From Nitrosopumilus sp. (GTDB taxonomy: Archaea > Thermoproteota > Nitrososphaeria > Nitrososphaerales > Nitrosopumilaceae): a stretch of DNA of 64,000 nt. The position numbers and the translations under genes are program-made. A model generated the notes under the pieces. The model made no database searches, was not told where the DNA came from, and saw only the letters and a program-made list of their open reading frames with translations. Shown here piece by piece: positions 10,292 through 19,116 of the stretch. Location: positions 1,184,001-1,248,000 of the forward strand of contig OZ244650.1 in assembly GCA_965218785.1 (NCBI GenBank), written 5' to 3'. Position 1 is the first letter of the stretch, and every line of letters starts with the position of its first letter.

Positions 10292-10555
10292 TTATGACTC
10301 CTCGTGGCATGAAATGGACACCCTGCTTACCATGGGGTTGTACACTCGCAGCTCATCGCAGACATTCTGCACTGCCAGCTGGGCGGTCCTGCCGTCTTTT
10401 TCCTGGATTGTGAATTTTAGCATTTTGGCAGTTCCTATCTTGGAGATTGTTTTATGCGCGCCCTTGAGAACAAGATCATTTAGGATAGTCTCGCCCTCCG
10501 GATCACTGATGCCTGGCTTGTTTTCGATAGTTACGTGCACGTTAAATGTTGGCAT
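10292..10555 (-). CDS. purS: FGAM synthase subunit PurS
   Basis: KPGISDPEG...NP motif, 87 aa, upstream of purQ. Confidence 0.93.
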   Translation of the reverse strand: MPTFNVHVTIENKPGISDPEGETILNDLVLKGAHKTISKIGTAKMLKFTIQEKDGRTAQLAVQNVCDELRVYNPMVSRVSISCHEES

Positions 10556-10829
10556 TGGTAATTTGTTGGTTCGACCCGAGGTTAATTTATCTTCCGAAAA
10601 TGATATGCAGGTTATAGGTTGGTTAGATCATATTGCAGGTATCAGACTACCCTGTGAAATAATAATCTAGCAGGGTTTCTTTCACAGATAAAGATGTCTT
10701 TGGTAATTTGCGATATGATGTTGGCAGTTAGTGTCATCCAAATAAAACGGTTTTTGCATGTTTTACACCGGCACTCCCGCTATGATATCAGAGATTAGTT
10801 ATGCTTGTAAGTTCTGCGGTGCAGGTTTT

Positions 10830-10958
10830 GGTGTTTATTGACTGGTATTTCTGCCATTTTCCGTGGTGTGAATTTACTCCTTACTACGATGTAATACCGG
10901 ATTGCACAAAAAGTGTATGTGTAGTGGCCTCATTTAGATTGGTCATCCTCCACCACCA
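10830..10958 (-). mobile_element. Degenerate end of the IS3-like/MITE family
   Basis: Reverse complement aligns by eye to 36536-36667 (ctaaatga..catacacttttt..aaattcacacc..tcaataaac). Confidence 0.5.
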
Positions 10959-11090
10959 AATAATTTGGTTTTTGGCTTGGTTCATATCAAGATGTTTTTT
11001 CTCGTTCATATTCAAAACGAGCTTTATCTAGCAAGATTTCTTCAGTCTTCATTTTGAGTATTTCTTTACTGTCTTAGATTGGTCATGTTC

Positions 11091-11216
11091 CTACTTTGAT
11101 TCCTTTGCAGGGCTTTCTTCATCGTCTTTGTTTTGAGTATGTTTCTTTACTGTTTCATAGATTGGTCTTGTTCCTATTTTGATTCCCTTTGCAGGACTTT
11201 CTTCATCTTCACTCAA
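11091..11216 (-). CDS. 41-aa micro-ORF MSEDEESPAKGIKIGTRPIYETVKKHTQNKDDEESPAKESK (TTG start)
   Basis: Manual translation; paralogous to 11498-11611; lies within a degenerate ~80-bp tandem duplication (11037-11210). Confidence 0.45.
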   Translation of the reverse strand: MSEDEESPAKGIKIGTRPIYETVKKHTQNKDDEESPAKESK

Positions 11217-11497
11217 TAATTATTATTAGTAAATATGTTATTTAACCATTCTTTAGAGCGCTGTAAAGTTATCGTATGTCTAATTATCTTTAATATGACT
11301 TGATGCGAATTTTAGAATTAAAGAGTAGATACAAAATATTGGTTGAAAAAGAGAATGTTAAATGTTAAAAACGAACTTAAAGCAGATGAACCACTTGAAT
11401 CCACTATGCCAGAATCTGCCAGAGAACAGCAAAAACCAGTCATTACGTGGAGTCGATTAAAATCACAGATAAATAACAGATTTACTCACAGTTATTA

Positions 11498-11611
11498 TTG
11501 AGCGAAGATGATGAGCAACCTGCAAAAGGCATAACCATCGGCACAAAACCAGTGTTTAAAGAAGTACGACCTGCATCTAAAGACAAAAAAGATGATAATG
11601 AAGATCAGTGA
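11498..11611 (+). CDS. 37-aa micro-ORF MSEDDEQPAKGITIGTKPVFKEVRPASKDKKDDNEDQ (TTG start)
   Basis: Manual translation; PAKGIxIGT(R/K)P conserved with 11091-11216 despite synonymous codon changes. Confidence 0.5.
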   Translation: MSEDDEQPAKGITIGTKPVFKEVRPASKDKKDDNEDQ

Positions 11612-11641
11612 AGAGATAATTTTAGAAAAAGTAAAGGCAGG

Positions 11642-11786
11642 TAAAACACCTGCTGAGATGGCAGGAATAACTGCAGATGATAAAAAAGTGGAAAACGATT
11701 ATTCAAAATGCCAGTCTAAACAGGGTTTCATAACTAGACTGTTATTTAGTTGATTTTGAAATTAATAGATCGATCTTTTTTTCCAA
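11642..11786 (+). repeat. ~145-bp direct repeat copy 1: 3' tail of an IS6-like transposase plus the C-terminus of a coiled-coil gene
   Basis: Near-identical to 12302-12446 (660-bp period); encodes GKTPAEMAGITADDK/KWKTIIQNASL, matching GKTPAEQAMISVDGKNKWITLIQNSSL of the 33304 transposase. Confidence 0.85.
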
Positions 11787-12068
11787 TTTGTCAAATTTTG
11801 TATCCAATTTGTCAAATTTTGTATCCAATTTGTCAAATTTGCCTTCCAATTTGTCAAATTTGCCTTCCAAAGAGACAATATCAGTTTCAATGTTGTTTAT
11901 TTTCTCTAAAATTTTAGCATCAGTTACCTTCAAATCACCTATATTTTCCGCATTAATTTGTATATCATCTGTTACATATGTAGATATTACAAACAAGCCT
12001 AATGCAAGTATAGCTCCACCACTTATTCCACCCCATTTTAAACTAGTCAGACATAATTGTTTATTCAT
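11742..12068 (-). CDS. Heptad-repeat coiled-coil protein with N-terminal TM (Bdr/DUF1640-like)
   Basis: 21-bp tandem repeats encoding KFDKLEG/KFDKLDT; hydrophobic N-terminal helix. Confidence 0.65.
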   Translation of the reverse strand: MNKQLCLTSLKWGGISGGAILALGLFVISTYVTDDIQINAENIGDLKVTDAKILEKINNIETDIVSLEGKFDKLEGKFDKLDTKFDKLDTKFDKLEKKIDLLISKSTK

Positions 12069-12150
12069 ATCAAATTCTCTCTCCTAACATATTCATTATA
12101 TACCATTTAGTATATATCAATTCTATTTAATAAAATGATTTAGTTATAAC

Positions 12151-12183
12151 AATATAATCAAATCCCGAAGATTATACAGCACC
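12151..12183 (-). mobile_element. IS6-like terminal inverted repeat (right-end orientation)
   Basis: Reverse complement GGTGCTGTATAATCTTCGGGATTTGATTATATT matches 25360 GGTACTGTGTAATCGTCGGGATCTGATTATAT. Confidence 0.6.
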
Positions 12184-12215
12184 TTAAAAAAATGCAGGAT
12201 GTTCTGGTGGGACCT

Positions 12216-12290
12216 TGGTGGGGACCTCGCTAGAATGAGACCGCTTGCATACATACACTTTTTGAGCAAGTTGGGAGGTAAAACACCATG
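12216..12290 (+). mobile_element. Isolated left end of the IS3-like/MITE family
   Basis: Nearly identical to 26169-26243 (tggtg.ggacc..ctagaatgagaccgcttgcatacatacactttttgagcaagttggg.ggtaaaacaccat). Confidence 0.7.
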
Positions 12291-12301
12291 GTGTTAGAGA
12301 A

Positions 12302-12446
12302 TAAAACACCTGCTGAGATGGCAGGAATAACTGCAGATGATAAAAAAGTGGAAAACGATTATTCAAAATGCCAGTCTAAACAGGGTTTCATAACTAGACT
12401 GTTATTTAGTTGATTTTGAAATTAATAGATCAATCTTTTTTTCCAA
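12302..12446 (+). repeat. ~145-bp direct repeat copy 2 (IS6-like transposase tail)
   Basis: Near-identical to 11642-11786. Confidence 0.85.
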
Positions 12447-12671
12447 ATCGTCCAATTTAGAACAATTTTGTAAAACATTACCCTTGATCTCTATAACATC
12501 ACTTTTCAAAGTACCAACATCACTTTTCAAAGTACCAACATCACTTTTCAAAGTACCAATATCATCACACATCTTTTTTATGGCTTTGTGATTATTTTGC
12601 ATTTCAATATCTAATGAATCAAACTTTGTGTTCAATGTATCAAAATTTCTCTGGATAATTTCATCATTCAT
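12402..12671 (-). CDS. Heptad-repeat coiled-coil protein
   Basis: 21-bp repeats encoding LKSDVGT; same C-terminus LEKKIDLLISKSTK as 11742-12068. Confidence 0.65.
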   Translation of the reverse strand: MNDEIIQRNFDTLNTKFDSLDIEMQNNHKAIKKMCDDIGTLKSDVGTLKSDVGTLKSDVIEIKGNVLQNCSKLDDLEKKIDLLISKSTK

Positions 12672-12799
12672 ATCAAATTTTCACTCCTAAATACATATTA
12701 TAAATCAGGATATGTATATTATTTAAATATTAATCATATCAGAATAACCACGATGCCTAAGTAGTTATGGTATTTTCTGTTCTAATACAATCACAGGTG

Positions 12800-12965
12800 A
12801 TATTAAATAGGATTTTCAAACCATCCATACTGCCGTCCATACAGTTATCCCAGATTCCATATTATCTAATCTGGAATCCATACGATCTAATCTGGAATTT
12901 ACACTTGAATTTTTCATTCATTAAATCTGCTAATTCTTGAATTTCCCCAATATTAGCCACTTTAG
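12800..12965 (-). pseudogene. Frameshifted heptad-repeat gene relic
   Basis: Minus strand reads NSRLDRMDSRLDNMES in 21-bp repeats (atctaatctggaat x2) with broken frames. Confidence 0.4.
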
Positions 12966-13180
12966 GATTGGATATATACGCTAGATGTTATTAGTCCAGA
13001 TATTTAATCAGATCCCAGTAACTTTGGTACCACGATGAAGATTAGTAAAGAAACAACTTTAAAAAAAAAGTAAATACCGGATATTCTCACCGGCAACTAG
13101 ACTGAATTAAACCACAAATTCCTAATTTGTTCCAGACCGGCAGACATTGGAATTTATATCAGAATATTCCACCACTACAC

Positions 13181-13648
13181 ATGGTAAAAGGCAGATCAAG
13201 GTACTGGAAGATCAACTCAGACGAGATGGACGATTTTGCATACGATCAAAGCAAGTTGTTAAACTGGGAGATCAAATGTATCAGGGAACCAGAAGAGGAG
13301 GCGCACTTTATCGGGGTATTCATGTATAGAAACGGGACCGCATATGACTATGAATCAGTAAAGGGGATATGTTACTTTCACAACAACATTGAAAGAGGCG
13401 AACTCTCATCAGTTACCAGTTTTCTAAAGGAGAGATTCGGCGGCAAGGAGATGGAAAAAGGTGAGAGGATATTCCTCAAGGATTCAAAAGAGATCTATGC
13501 CAGCAGGGACATCCAGGATCTGGCAAAAGAGATGGAGAAAAAATTCAACACAAAGGCAGTCATCTCCCTGGAATTTGAGGACCTTACTGCAGAGCAGCTC
13601 AAGGAGGCAGGACTGCCAGAGTCAAAACTACTACCAATTCCCACATAA
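13181..13648 (+). CDS. Hypothetical protein, probably conserved in thaumarchaea
   Basis: Clean ORF with core-like codon usage; ATG at 13181 about 25 nt after tttatat; leads the tat operon. Confidence 0.7.
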   Translation: MVKGRSRYWKINSDEMDDFAYDQSKLLNWEIKCIREPEEEAHFIGVFMYRNGTAYDYESVKGICYFHNNIERGELSSVTSFLKERFGGKEMEKGERIFLKDSKEIYASRDIQDLAKEMEKKFNTKAVISLEFEDLTAEQLKEAGLPESKLLPIPT

Positions 13649-13677
13649 TTGATATAGCTAAAACACAAAGAGACGTC

Positions 13678-14469
13678 ATGTCAGAACTCGATGGAATCAA
13701 CAGGCATCTTGAGGAACTAAGAAAGAGCCTGCTTCGAATCGTGCTAGTCATCGGCATTATCACCGTAGTGATTCTGACGTTTCACATCGAACCAATCGAG
13801 GTGGGAGAGACCACGTTATACTACATAACACCAGAACCGCTAGACAACATCGCAGCGCAGATTACCAGCTACATGAAGGATATCCTCGTCCCCCCCGGCG
13901 TCCAGCTGATTCAGACGGCACCAGGACAGGCATTCTTTTCACAGGTATACATTGCAGCACTAGTCGGAATCGTAGCCGGGATGCCAGTCATCATCAGGGA
14001 GCTAGTCGGGTTTATCAGGCCGGCGCTAAAGGAAAACGAGATCAACATCAGCAGGAGCATCACACTGCCCGCACTGGGGCTGTTTGCTGCAGGCTGCATC
14101 TTTTCATATAACTTTGTGATTCCATACATCCTGGAATTCCTATACAAGTACGGCGAGTCTGCCGGACTGGTAACATTTCTTAATATAATGGATTTTGTCA
14201 CGTTTGTCCTGCAGTTTCTGCTGGCATTCGGGCTTTCATTCCAGCTTCCGCTGATTATGTATGCGGTATCAGAATCCGGCATGACATCTCCGGACTTTTG
14301 GCGGAAAAACATACGGTACGCAGTCGTGATTATTGTGATCTTCGGGGCAGTCATCACCCCGGATGGAAGCGGCGTTACAATGTGGTTTATTGCAGGCCCG
14401 ATGATCGTACTATACGCGGCAGGCATGGCAGTAATCGAGCGCAGGGAACGTAAAAAGTCGAACACTTAA
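13678..14469 (+). CDS. tatC: Twin-arginine translocase subunit TatC
   Basis: HLEELR, FIRPAL, FGLSFQLP, AVITPD; about six TM helices. Confidence 0.95.
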   Translation: MSELDGINRHLEELRKSLLRIVLVIGIITVVILTFHIEPIEVGETTLYYITPEPLDNIAAQITSYMKDILVPPGVQLIQTAPGQAFFSQVYIAALVGIVAGMPVIIRELVGFIRPALKENEINISRSITLPALGLFAAGCIFSYNFVIPYILEFLYKYGESAGLVTFLNIMDFVTFVLQFLLAFGLSFQLPLIMYAVSESGMTSPDFWRKNIRYAVVIIVIFGAVITPDGSGVTMWFIAGPMIVLYAAGMAVIERRERKKSNT

Positions 14470-14493
14470 ATCCAAATTTGATCAAACAGATGC

Positions 14494-14700
14494 ATGTTTG
14501 GAGCGGGCCTGGCCAATTTTATCGCGGGGCAGGAATGGATCTTTGTCATAGTTATCGCAGTAGTCCTGATCTTCGGCGCAAAAAAGATCCCAGAGCTTGC
14601 AAAGACGTTTGGCAAGGCAAAAGGCGAGTTTGAGAAGGGAAAGATCGAGGGCGAAAAAGAGCTAAAGGACCTCAAGGATAAAGAGACGAAAACTGACTAG
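14494..14700 (+). CDS. tatA: Twin-arginine translocase TatA/E
   Basis: TM followed by IFGAKKIPELAKTFGKAKGEF amphipathic helix. Confidence 0.93.
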   Translation: MFGAGLANFIAGQEWIFVIVIAVVLIFGAKKIPELAKTFGKAKGEFEKGKIEGEKELKDLKDKETKTD

Positions 14701-15158
14701 TCACGTCTGGTGGCAGCAGCGGCATCTAGCAGATCATCAAGGATGGCCTCATATCCCAGTTTAAAGTTATTTCTGCCAAACAGGAAATTCGACATCATCA
14801 TCATCATCATACCCCCGAGTTTCAAATCCACATCTACTACCACCCTGGTGGTGCCGTCTTTTGGAACATCAAAAAACCGCTGCCGGATATAGCTTCCCCT
14901 TGCATCCCCGCCGATGACAAAAACCTCGTGCATGACGGGCCTGTCAAGAACGTGCTTGGCCATGATCACCAGTTCCCGCCCCCCAAGATTCATGTGCTCC
15001 TCCACTACTGCAACGTTTCCGCGCACCGAGCGCACACGGACTGACGGGAAGTGTCTTGGAACCAGTCTCTGATAGTTTTCATAGCCGGATAATGTTTCAT
15101 ATACGGTCTCCCTGTCTGTCTCTATAATTTTTTCAATGGAGAATCCTGATGCGGCCAT
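14697..15158 (-). CDS. SRPBCC/polyketide cyclase-like protein
   Basis: IETDRETVYETLSGYENYQRLVP N-terminal motif; TAATG overlap with the ubiX stop; poly-Met tract. Confidence 0.7.
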   Translation of the reverse strand: MAASGFSIEKIIETDRETVYETLSGYENYQRLVPRHFPSVRVRSVRGNVAVVEEHMNLGGRELVIMAKHVLDRPVMHEVFVIGGDARGSYIRQRFFDVPKDGTTRVVVDVDLKLGGMMMMMMSNFLFGRNNFKLGYEAILDDLLDAAAATRRD

Positions 15159-15718
15159 TAAATGGCGCTGCCCCATCGCGGGTATAAATCGTGATCTATA
15201 TCAAACTGGTCCAGGCATTTTCCCACGCCGTGATTAATGATGTCGTTAATTGATTTGGGTTTTGTATAAAATTCCGTAACAGGGGGGAGTATCACTATTC
15301 CAAGCCGGGATAGCTTTAGCATGTTTTCTAGATGGATTGCAGAAAGCGGCGTCTCCCGGGTCATCAGGACCAGTCTTCGTGATTCCTTGATTGTAACTCC
15401 TGCGGCACGTGCAATCAAGGTCTCGTCATACCCGTTTGCAATTGCAGATAGCGTCTTCATGCTGCAGGGGGCAACTATCATCCCGTCGATGCGGTGCGTG
15501 CCACTGGATATGGCAGATGCCATATTTTTTTCATCAGATATTCCAGTTGCAAGCGAGCGTACATAGTCTGACGAGTATTCAGTCTCCATGGAGATGCACT
15601 TTTCGGCCCATTCTGAGATTATCAGATGTGTTTGAATGTCAATTTTTTTGAGGAACTCCAGCATCCGGATGCCATAGATTACCCCGGTGCTGCCAGTAAT
15701 GCCAATGATTAGCTTCAA
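15158..15718 (-). CDS. ubiX: Flavin prenyltransferase UbiX
   Basis: GITGSTGVIYG, APCSMKTLSAIANG, RETPLS. Confidence 0.95.
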   Translation of the reverse strand: MKLIIGITGSTGVIYGIRMLEFLKKIDIQTHLIISEWAEKCISMETEYSSDYVRSLATGISDEKNMASAISSGTHRIDGMIVAPCSMKTLSAIANGYDETLIARAAGVTIKESRRLVLMTRETPLSAIHLENMLKLSRLGIVILPPVTEFYTKPKSINDIINHGVGKCLDQFDIDHDLYPRWGSAI

Positions 15719-15790
15719 CAGTTAGTCTTGGAACATACGGTATTTTATCTGTTAGATTGGGTAGTCACAGGGCAGTCTCTGTCTTGCCGT

Positions 15791-16012
15791 TTAGGTCTCG
15801 TCATATTGGGTCTCATCGTTCCGGGTCTCATCATTTTGGGTAGTAACAGCAGCAACAGCAGCAACAGCAGCAGCCGCATCTATCTCCCTCTGCCTCTTCC
15901 TCATCCTCCTCCTTTTAAGCCACATCGAGATCCCGCCTGCTGCCATCGCAGTCAGTAGAATCACCCCTGCCATCTGCAGTTCAAAATTATAAAGCACACC
16001 ACACATCATCAA
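15791..16012 (-). CDS. Small putative membrane protein, low complexity
   Basis: TM segment, basic cluster, poly-Ala and DET repeats; may be spurious. Confidence 0.3.
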   Translation of the reverse strand: MMMCGVLYNFELQMAGVILLTAMAAGGISMWLKRRRMRKRQREIDAAAAVAAVAAVTTQNDETRNDETQYDET

Positions 16013-16091
16013 CAGTCAAAAAAAAATCTTGCGGTTTTTACCGATCTCCGGATTAAATTAGCTATATTAGATCCCACCACACAGGCATACC

Positions 16092-17183
16092 ATGATCAAG
16101 GGCTCTGAGATCAGAAAGATGGTAAACAGCTACACAGACGTAAGAATCGGGGTCCTTGGCAGCCACTCGGCGCTGGAGATAATGGATGGTGCAAAAGACG
16201 AGGGCTTTCAAACCACGGTATTTTGTCAAAAGGGAAGAGAAACCCCGTATCAGCGATTCAAAAGGATCGCAGATGAGATCATAGTACTAGACAAATTCAA
16301 GGACATGGCCCTGGCCAGAACTCAAAAACAGATGCGAGAATCAAACACAATCATAGTTCCGCACAGATCACTTACAGTATATCTCGGATACGACACCATA
16401 GAGAACTCGTTTAACGTGCCCATCTTTGGAAACAGAAAGTTGTTTCAGGCAGAGGAGAGGACTGCAAAAAAAGGACAGTACCACCTCCTGCAAAAGGCCA
16501 GGATAAAATATCCCAGGTTATTTACGGATCCGAAAAGAATCGACAGGCCGTGCATCGTAAAGGTTCAGGAAAAAAACCGGCCTTTGGAGAGGGCGTTTTT
16601 TACGGTTTCATCCTACAGGGACTATAAGGAAAAATCAGATGCGAGAATCAAACAGGGCCTCATCGCAAGAAAGGATCTGCAACAGGCAAGCATAGAGGAG
16701 CTGGCAGTTGGAACGTACATGAATTTTAACTTTTTTCACACCCCGATTTCAGAGCAGGTGGATTTTATCGGAATCGAGAGGAGGCTGCAGACAAACATCC
16801 ACGATTACAACGCGCTGCCTGCAAGGGAACAGATGGAGATGGATATTGATCTGCAAAACATCGAGGTCGGCCACACCCCTGCAAGCATCAGGGAGTCGCT
16901 GCTTGAGAAGGTAATCAGGATGGGTGACAAGTTTGTAGCGGCAGTCAAAAAAGAGTACGCCCCTGGAATCATCGGCCCGTTCTCACTGCAAAGCGTGATT
17001 ACCAAGGATCTGGAACTCGTAGTATATGACGTGTCCCTGCGCGTTCCAGGAAACCCGATAGTGGCAACTACCAGCCCATACACAAAATACCAGTATGGCA
17101 AGACATTTGGCGTGGGAAGAAGAATAGCAATGGAGATAAAGCGGGCCCAGGAGGAGGACAGGCTAGACGAGATAGTGACGTAA
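16092..17183 (+). CDS. purP: Formate--phosphoribosylaminoimidazolecarboxamide ligase family (PurP, ATP-grasp)
   Basis: GVLGSHSALEIMDGAKDEGF, IIGPFSLQ, GRRIAMEIK. Confidence 0.9.
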   Translation: MIKGSEIRKMVNSYTDVRIGVLGSHSALEIMDGAKDEGFQTTVFCQKGRETPYQRFKRIADEIIVLDKFKDMALARTQKQMRESNTIIVPHRSLTVYLGYDTIENSFNVPIFGNRKLFQAEERTAKKGQYHLLQKARIKYPRLFTDPKRIDRPCIVKVQEKNRPLERAFFTVSSYRDYKEKSDARIKQGLIARKDLQQASIEELAVGTYMNFNFFHTPISEQVDFIGIERRLQTNIHDYNALPAREQMEMDIDLQNIEVGHTPASIRESLLEKVIRMGDKFVAAVKKEYAPGIIGPFSLQSVITKDLELVVYDVSLRVPGNPIVATTSPYTKYQYGKTFGVGRRIAMEIKRAQEEDRLDEIVT

Positions 17184-17372
17184 TGATATAAAAAAAATAC
17201 AAAGACATATTTCCGGCAGGAGTCAAGCGTATCTGTTAATTGGCTAGATTGGGAAATATTCAATACCCAACGTCTGGTCTCAAATAATTAATCGGTTTGA
17301 TCTTTGGGGCAAGACTGCTGGATGCCAATTAACAATACAAACTCTTTTTTGTCCGGTTAAAACACGGTACAC

Positions 17373-17636
17373 ATGGGCAGAACAGTCTTTCTCAAAGAGA
17401 TAATCACCATATCAAAAGAGCCAAAACTCTGTCCCACGTGCAAAAAAGACGACAGGCTTGAAAAGGACGTCATACAGGAGGGCAGGTCCAACGGGAGGAC
17501 GGTTCTCTGCTCCAGGTGCGAGGCGCTAACTGTAGTTACAAGCCAGAATCTAAAAACCGTGGAGCTATCCTCAAAAAATGATGGCGTGCACATCATGCTA
17601 AAGGAGCCCTACCTGATCAGAAAAGTGACGTACTAG
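17373..17636 (+). CDS. Small Zn-ribbon hypothetical protein
   Basis: CPTC...CSRC. Confidence 0.7.
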   Translation: MGRTVFLKEIITISKEPKLCPTCKKDDRLEKDVIQEGRSNGRTVLCSRCEALTVVTSQNLKTVELSSKNDGVHIMLKEPYLIRKVTY

Positions 17637-17887
17637 TAGTCCTCACCGGTCTTTTCCAGTAATTTTTTGATGATATAGCCGCGGACACTTGCAATCTCCC
17701 AGTCCCTCAGATTTGCATTTTTACACTCCTCCCTGATTATCAGACCTGCCAGGCCGTCACTCCAGATGTGGCGTCTGGGATCATATACTGCGATTATTTT
17801 TCCGTGCTTTTTGATCCTGATTCCCCCGTGGCACCGCTCAATCACCCGAAGTGCTGTTTTCTGATAGATTTTTTCAAAGTCGGCCAT
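17633..17887 (-). CDS. Hypothetical protein
   Basis: 84-aa ORF with core-like composition, convergent with the Zn-ribbon gene. Confidence 0.65.
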   Translation of the reverse strand: MADFEKIYQKTALRVIERCHGGIRIKKHGKIIAVYDPRRHIWSDGLAGLIIREECKNANLRDWEIASVRGYIIKKLLEKTGEDY

Positions 17888-18278
17888 ACTACTGTGAGTT
17901 GTCTGTTCATCTCAAAAAGGTTATGATTTGAACTAGTTCCCATCAGTAAGTTATCGGGATCTGAAATGGGGCATTCTGATGGATGGTTCGATAACCAGAT
18001 AAAACAAAAACGATTTTCTAGCCATCTCATGTTGGTGATGCCTTTTTACAGATGAAAGAAAATACGTCTGGAATATTTTTAATAATATCAGGACCAGATC
18101 GTCATATTATGATTTAATAGAATAGAACTCTGTAATTGCAAGACAGACAAGATCACATATAACCCATCTAGATAAATTGTGGGAAAAGGTTAGCAGTGTT
18201 CTAATTTGGTGGCTCCCGCCATTAATTGAGATAATTTTAGGGATTGATGAAAAATTTGAATTAATTATCTTGTCTCAC

Positions 18279-18300
18279 TTATATACTGATTTAGTATATA
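18279..18300 (+). promoter_or_regulatory. TATA box embedded in an inverted repeat (tatatact-gattt-agtatata)
   Basis: ttatata about 24 nt upstream of ATG 18309; 8-bp arms. Confidence 0.45.
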
Positions 18301-18308
18301 TTATCATT

Positions 18309-18455
18309 ATGGGAACAGATTCTATGTCTCAAGATAAAAAACGAAATCCATTGGTTAATACCTCATATTTGAGTCAATTTATTAACGACGAAGTCAATTC
18401 CAGCACTAAAACAAAAAATGAACTTCCTCTTTCGAATAAAATAATAAACAGATAA
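18309..18455 (+). CDS. 48-aa hydrophilic peptide leading the proteasome-like pair
   Basis: ATG correctly spaced from the TATA box; ends 13 nt before the next gene. Confidence 0.4.
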   Translation: MGTDSMSQDKKRNPLVNTSYLSQFINDEVNSSTKTKNELPLSNKIINR

Positions 18456-18468
18456 TACACAAGATCGC

Positions 18469-19116
18469 ATGTATGAAATTTTAGGTGCGATTGCAAGTCA
18501 TAATGGAGTTGTAATTGTTTCTAATGATAAAGATGACGATGTGCAGGATACTGTTGTTTTTAAAATAAATCAAAATTCTGTTGCTGCTGTTGTTAGAGGT
18601 AAAGTGAAAGTGAAGGAATTTTTAGATAAATACATTATTCCTAAAACTCCCAAAACTACTCAAGATACTATTACTTTAATCCAAAAGGAAATTCAAATAC
18701 ATTCTGCAGAATATGCTAAATCTAACATTTCATTTTTTATAGCAGGTTATGAAAATAATAAAGGAGGGTATTTTGCAATTTGGTTTGAGAATGAAAAATT
18801 ATACTCGCGTGTGATTCCAAAATTTTCTCATTTTATATATTTTATGGAGGATTTAACAACATACATCATCTCAAAAGTTTTCTCCGAACAAATGAGTATA
18901 GATGAATTGAAAAATCTGATGGGGTTTGTAACCTTACAATGTATCAAAGTTTTTGGTTTGAATTCTTCTGTTAATATCACTACAATAAGTAAGGATGGGA
19001 TAAAGGAAATGTCTAAAGGTGAAGTCAAAGATCTGCTATCTACTCAAGATAAAATAGATCATAAATTAAAGAAAATTTTTAGTGATTTCTTTGTTAATGG
19101 AGCTTCTGATAAATGA
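18469..19116 (+). CDS. Proteasome-subunit-like Ntn-fold protein lacking the catalytic Thr1
   Basis: ILGAIASHNGVVIVSND, FFIAGYE, VNITTISKDG mirror the neighbouring protein; no N-terminal Thr. Confidence 0.6.
   Translation: MYEILGAIASHNGVVIVSNDKDDDVQDTVVFKINQNSVAAVVRGKVKVKEFLDKYIIPKTPKTTQDTITLIQKEIQIHSAEYAKSNISFFIAGYENNKGGYFAIWFENEKLYSRVIPKFSHFIYFMEDLTTYIISKVFSEQMSIDELKNLMGFVTLQCIKVFGLNSSVNITTISKDGIKEMSKGEVKDLLSTQDKIDHKLKKIFSDFFVNGASDK

Noticed and set aside
11742-12671. 21-bp repeats as CRISPR or DGR repeats
   Set aside because: In-frame coding heptads without spacers; no reverse transcriptase and no adenine-specific variation
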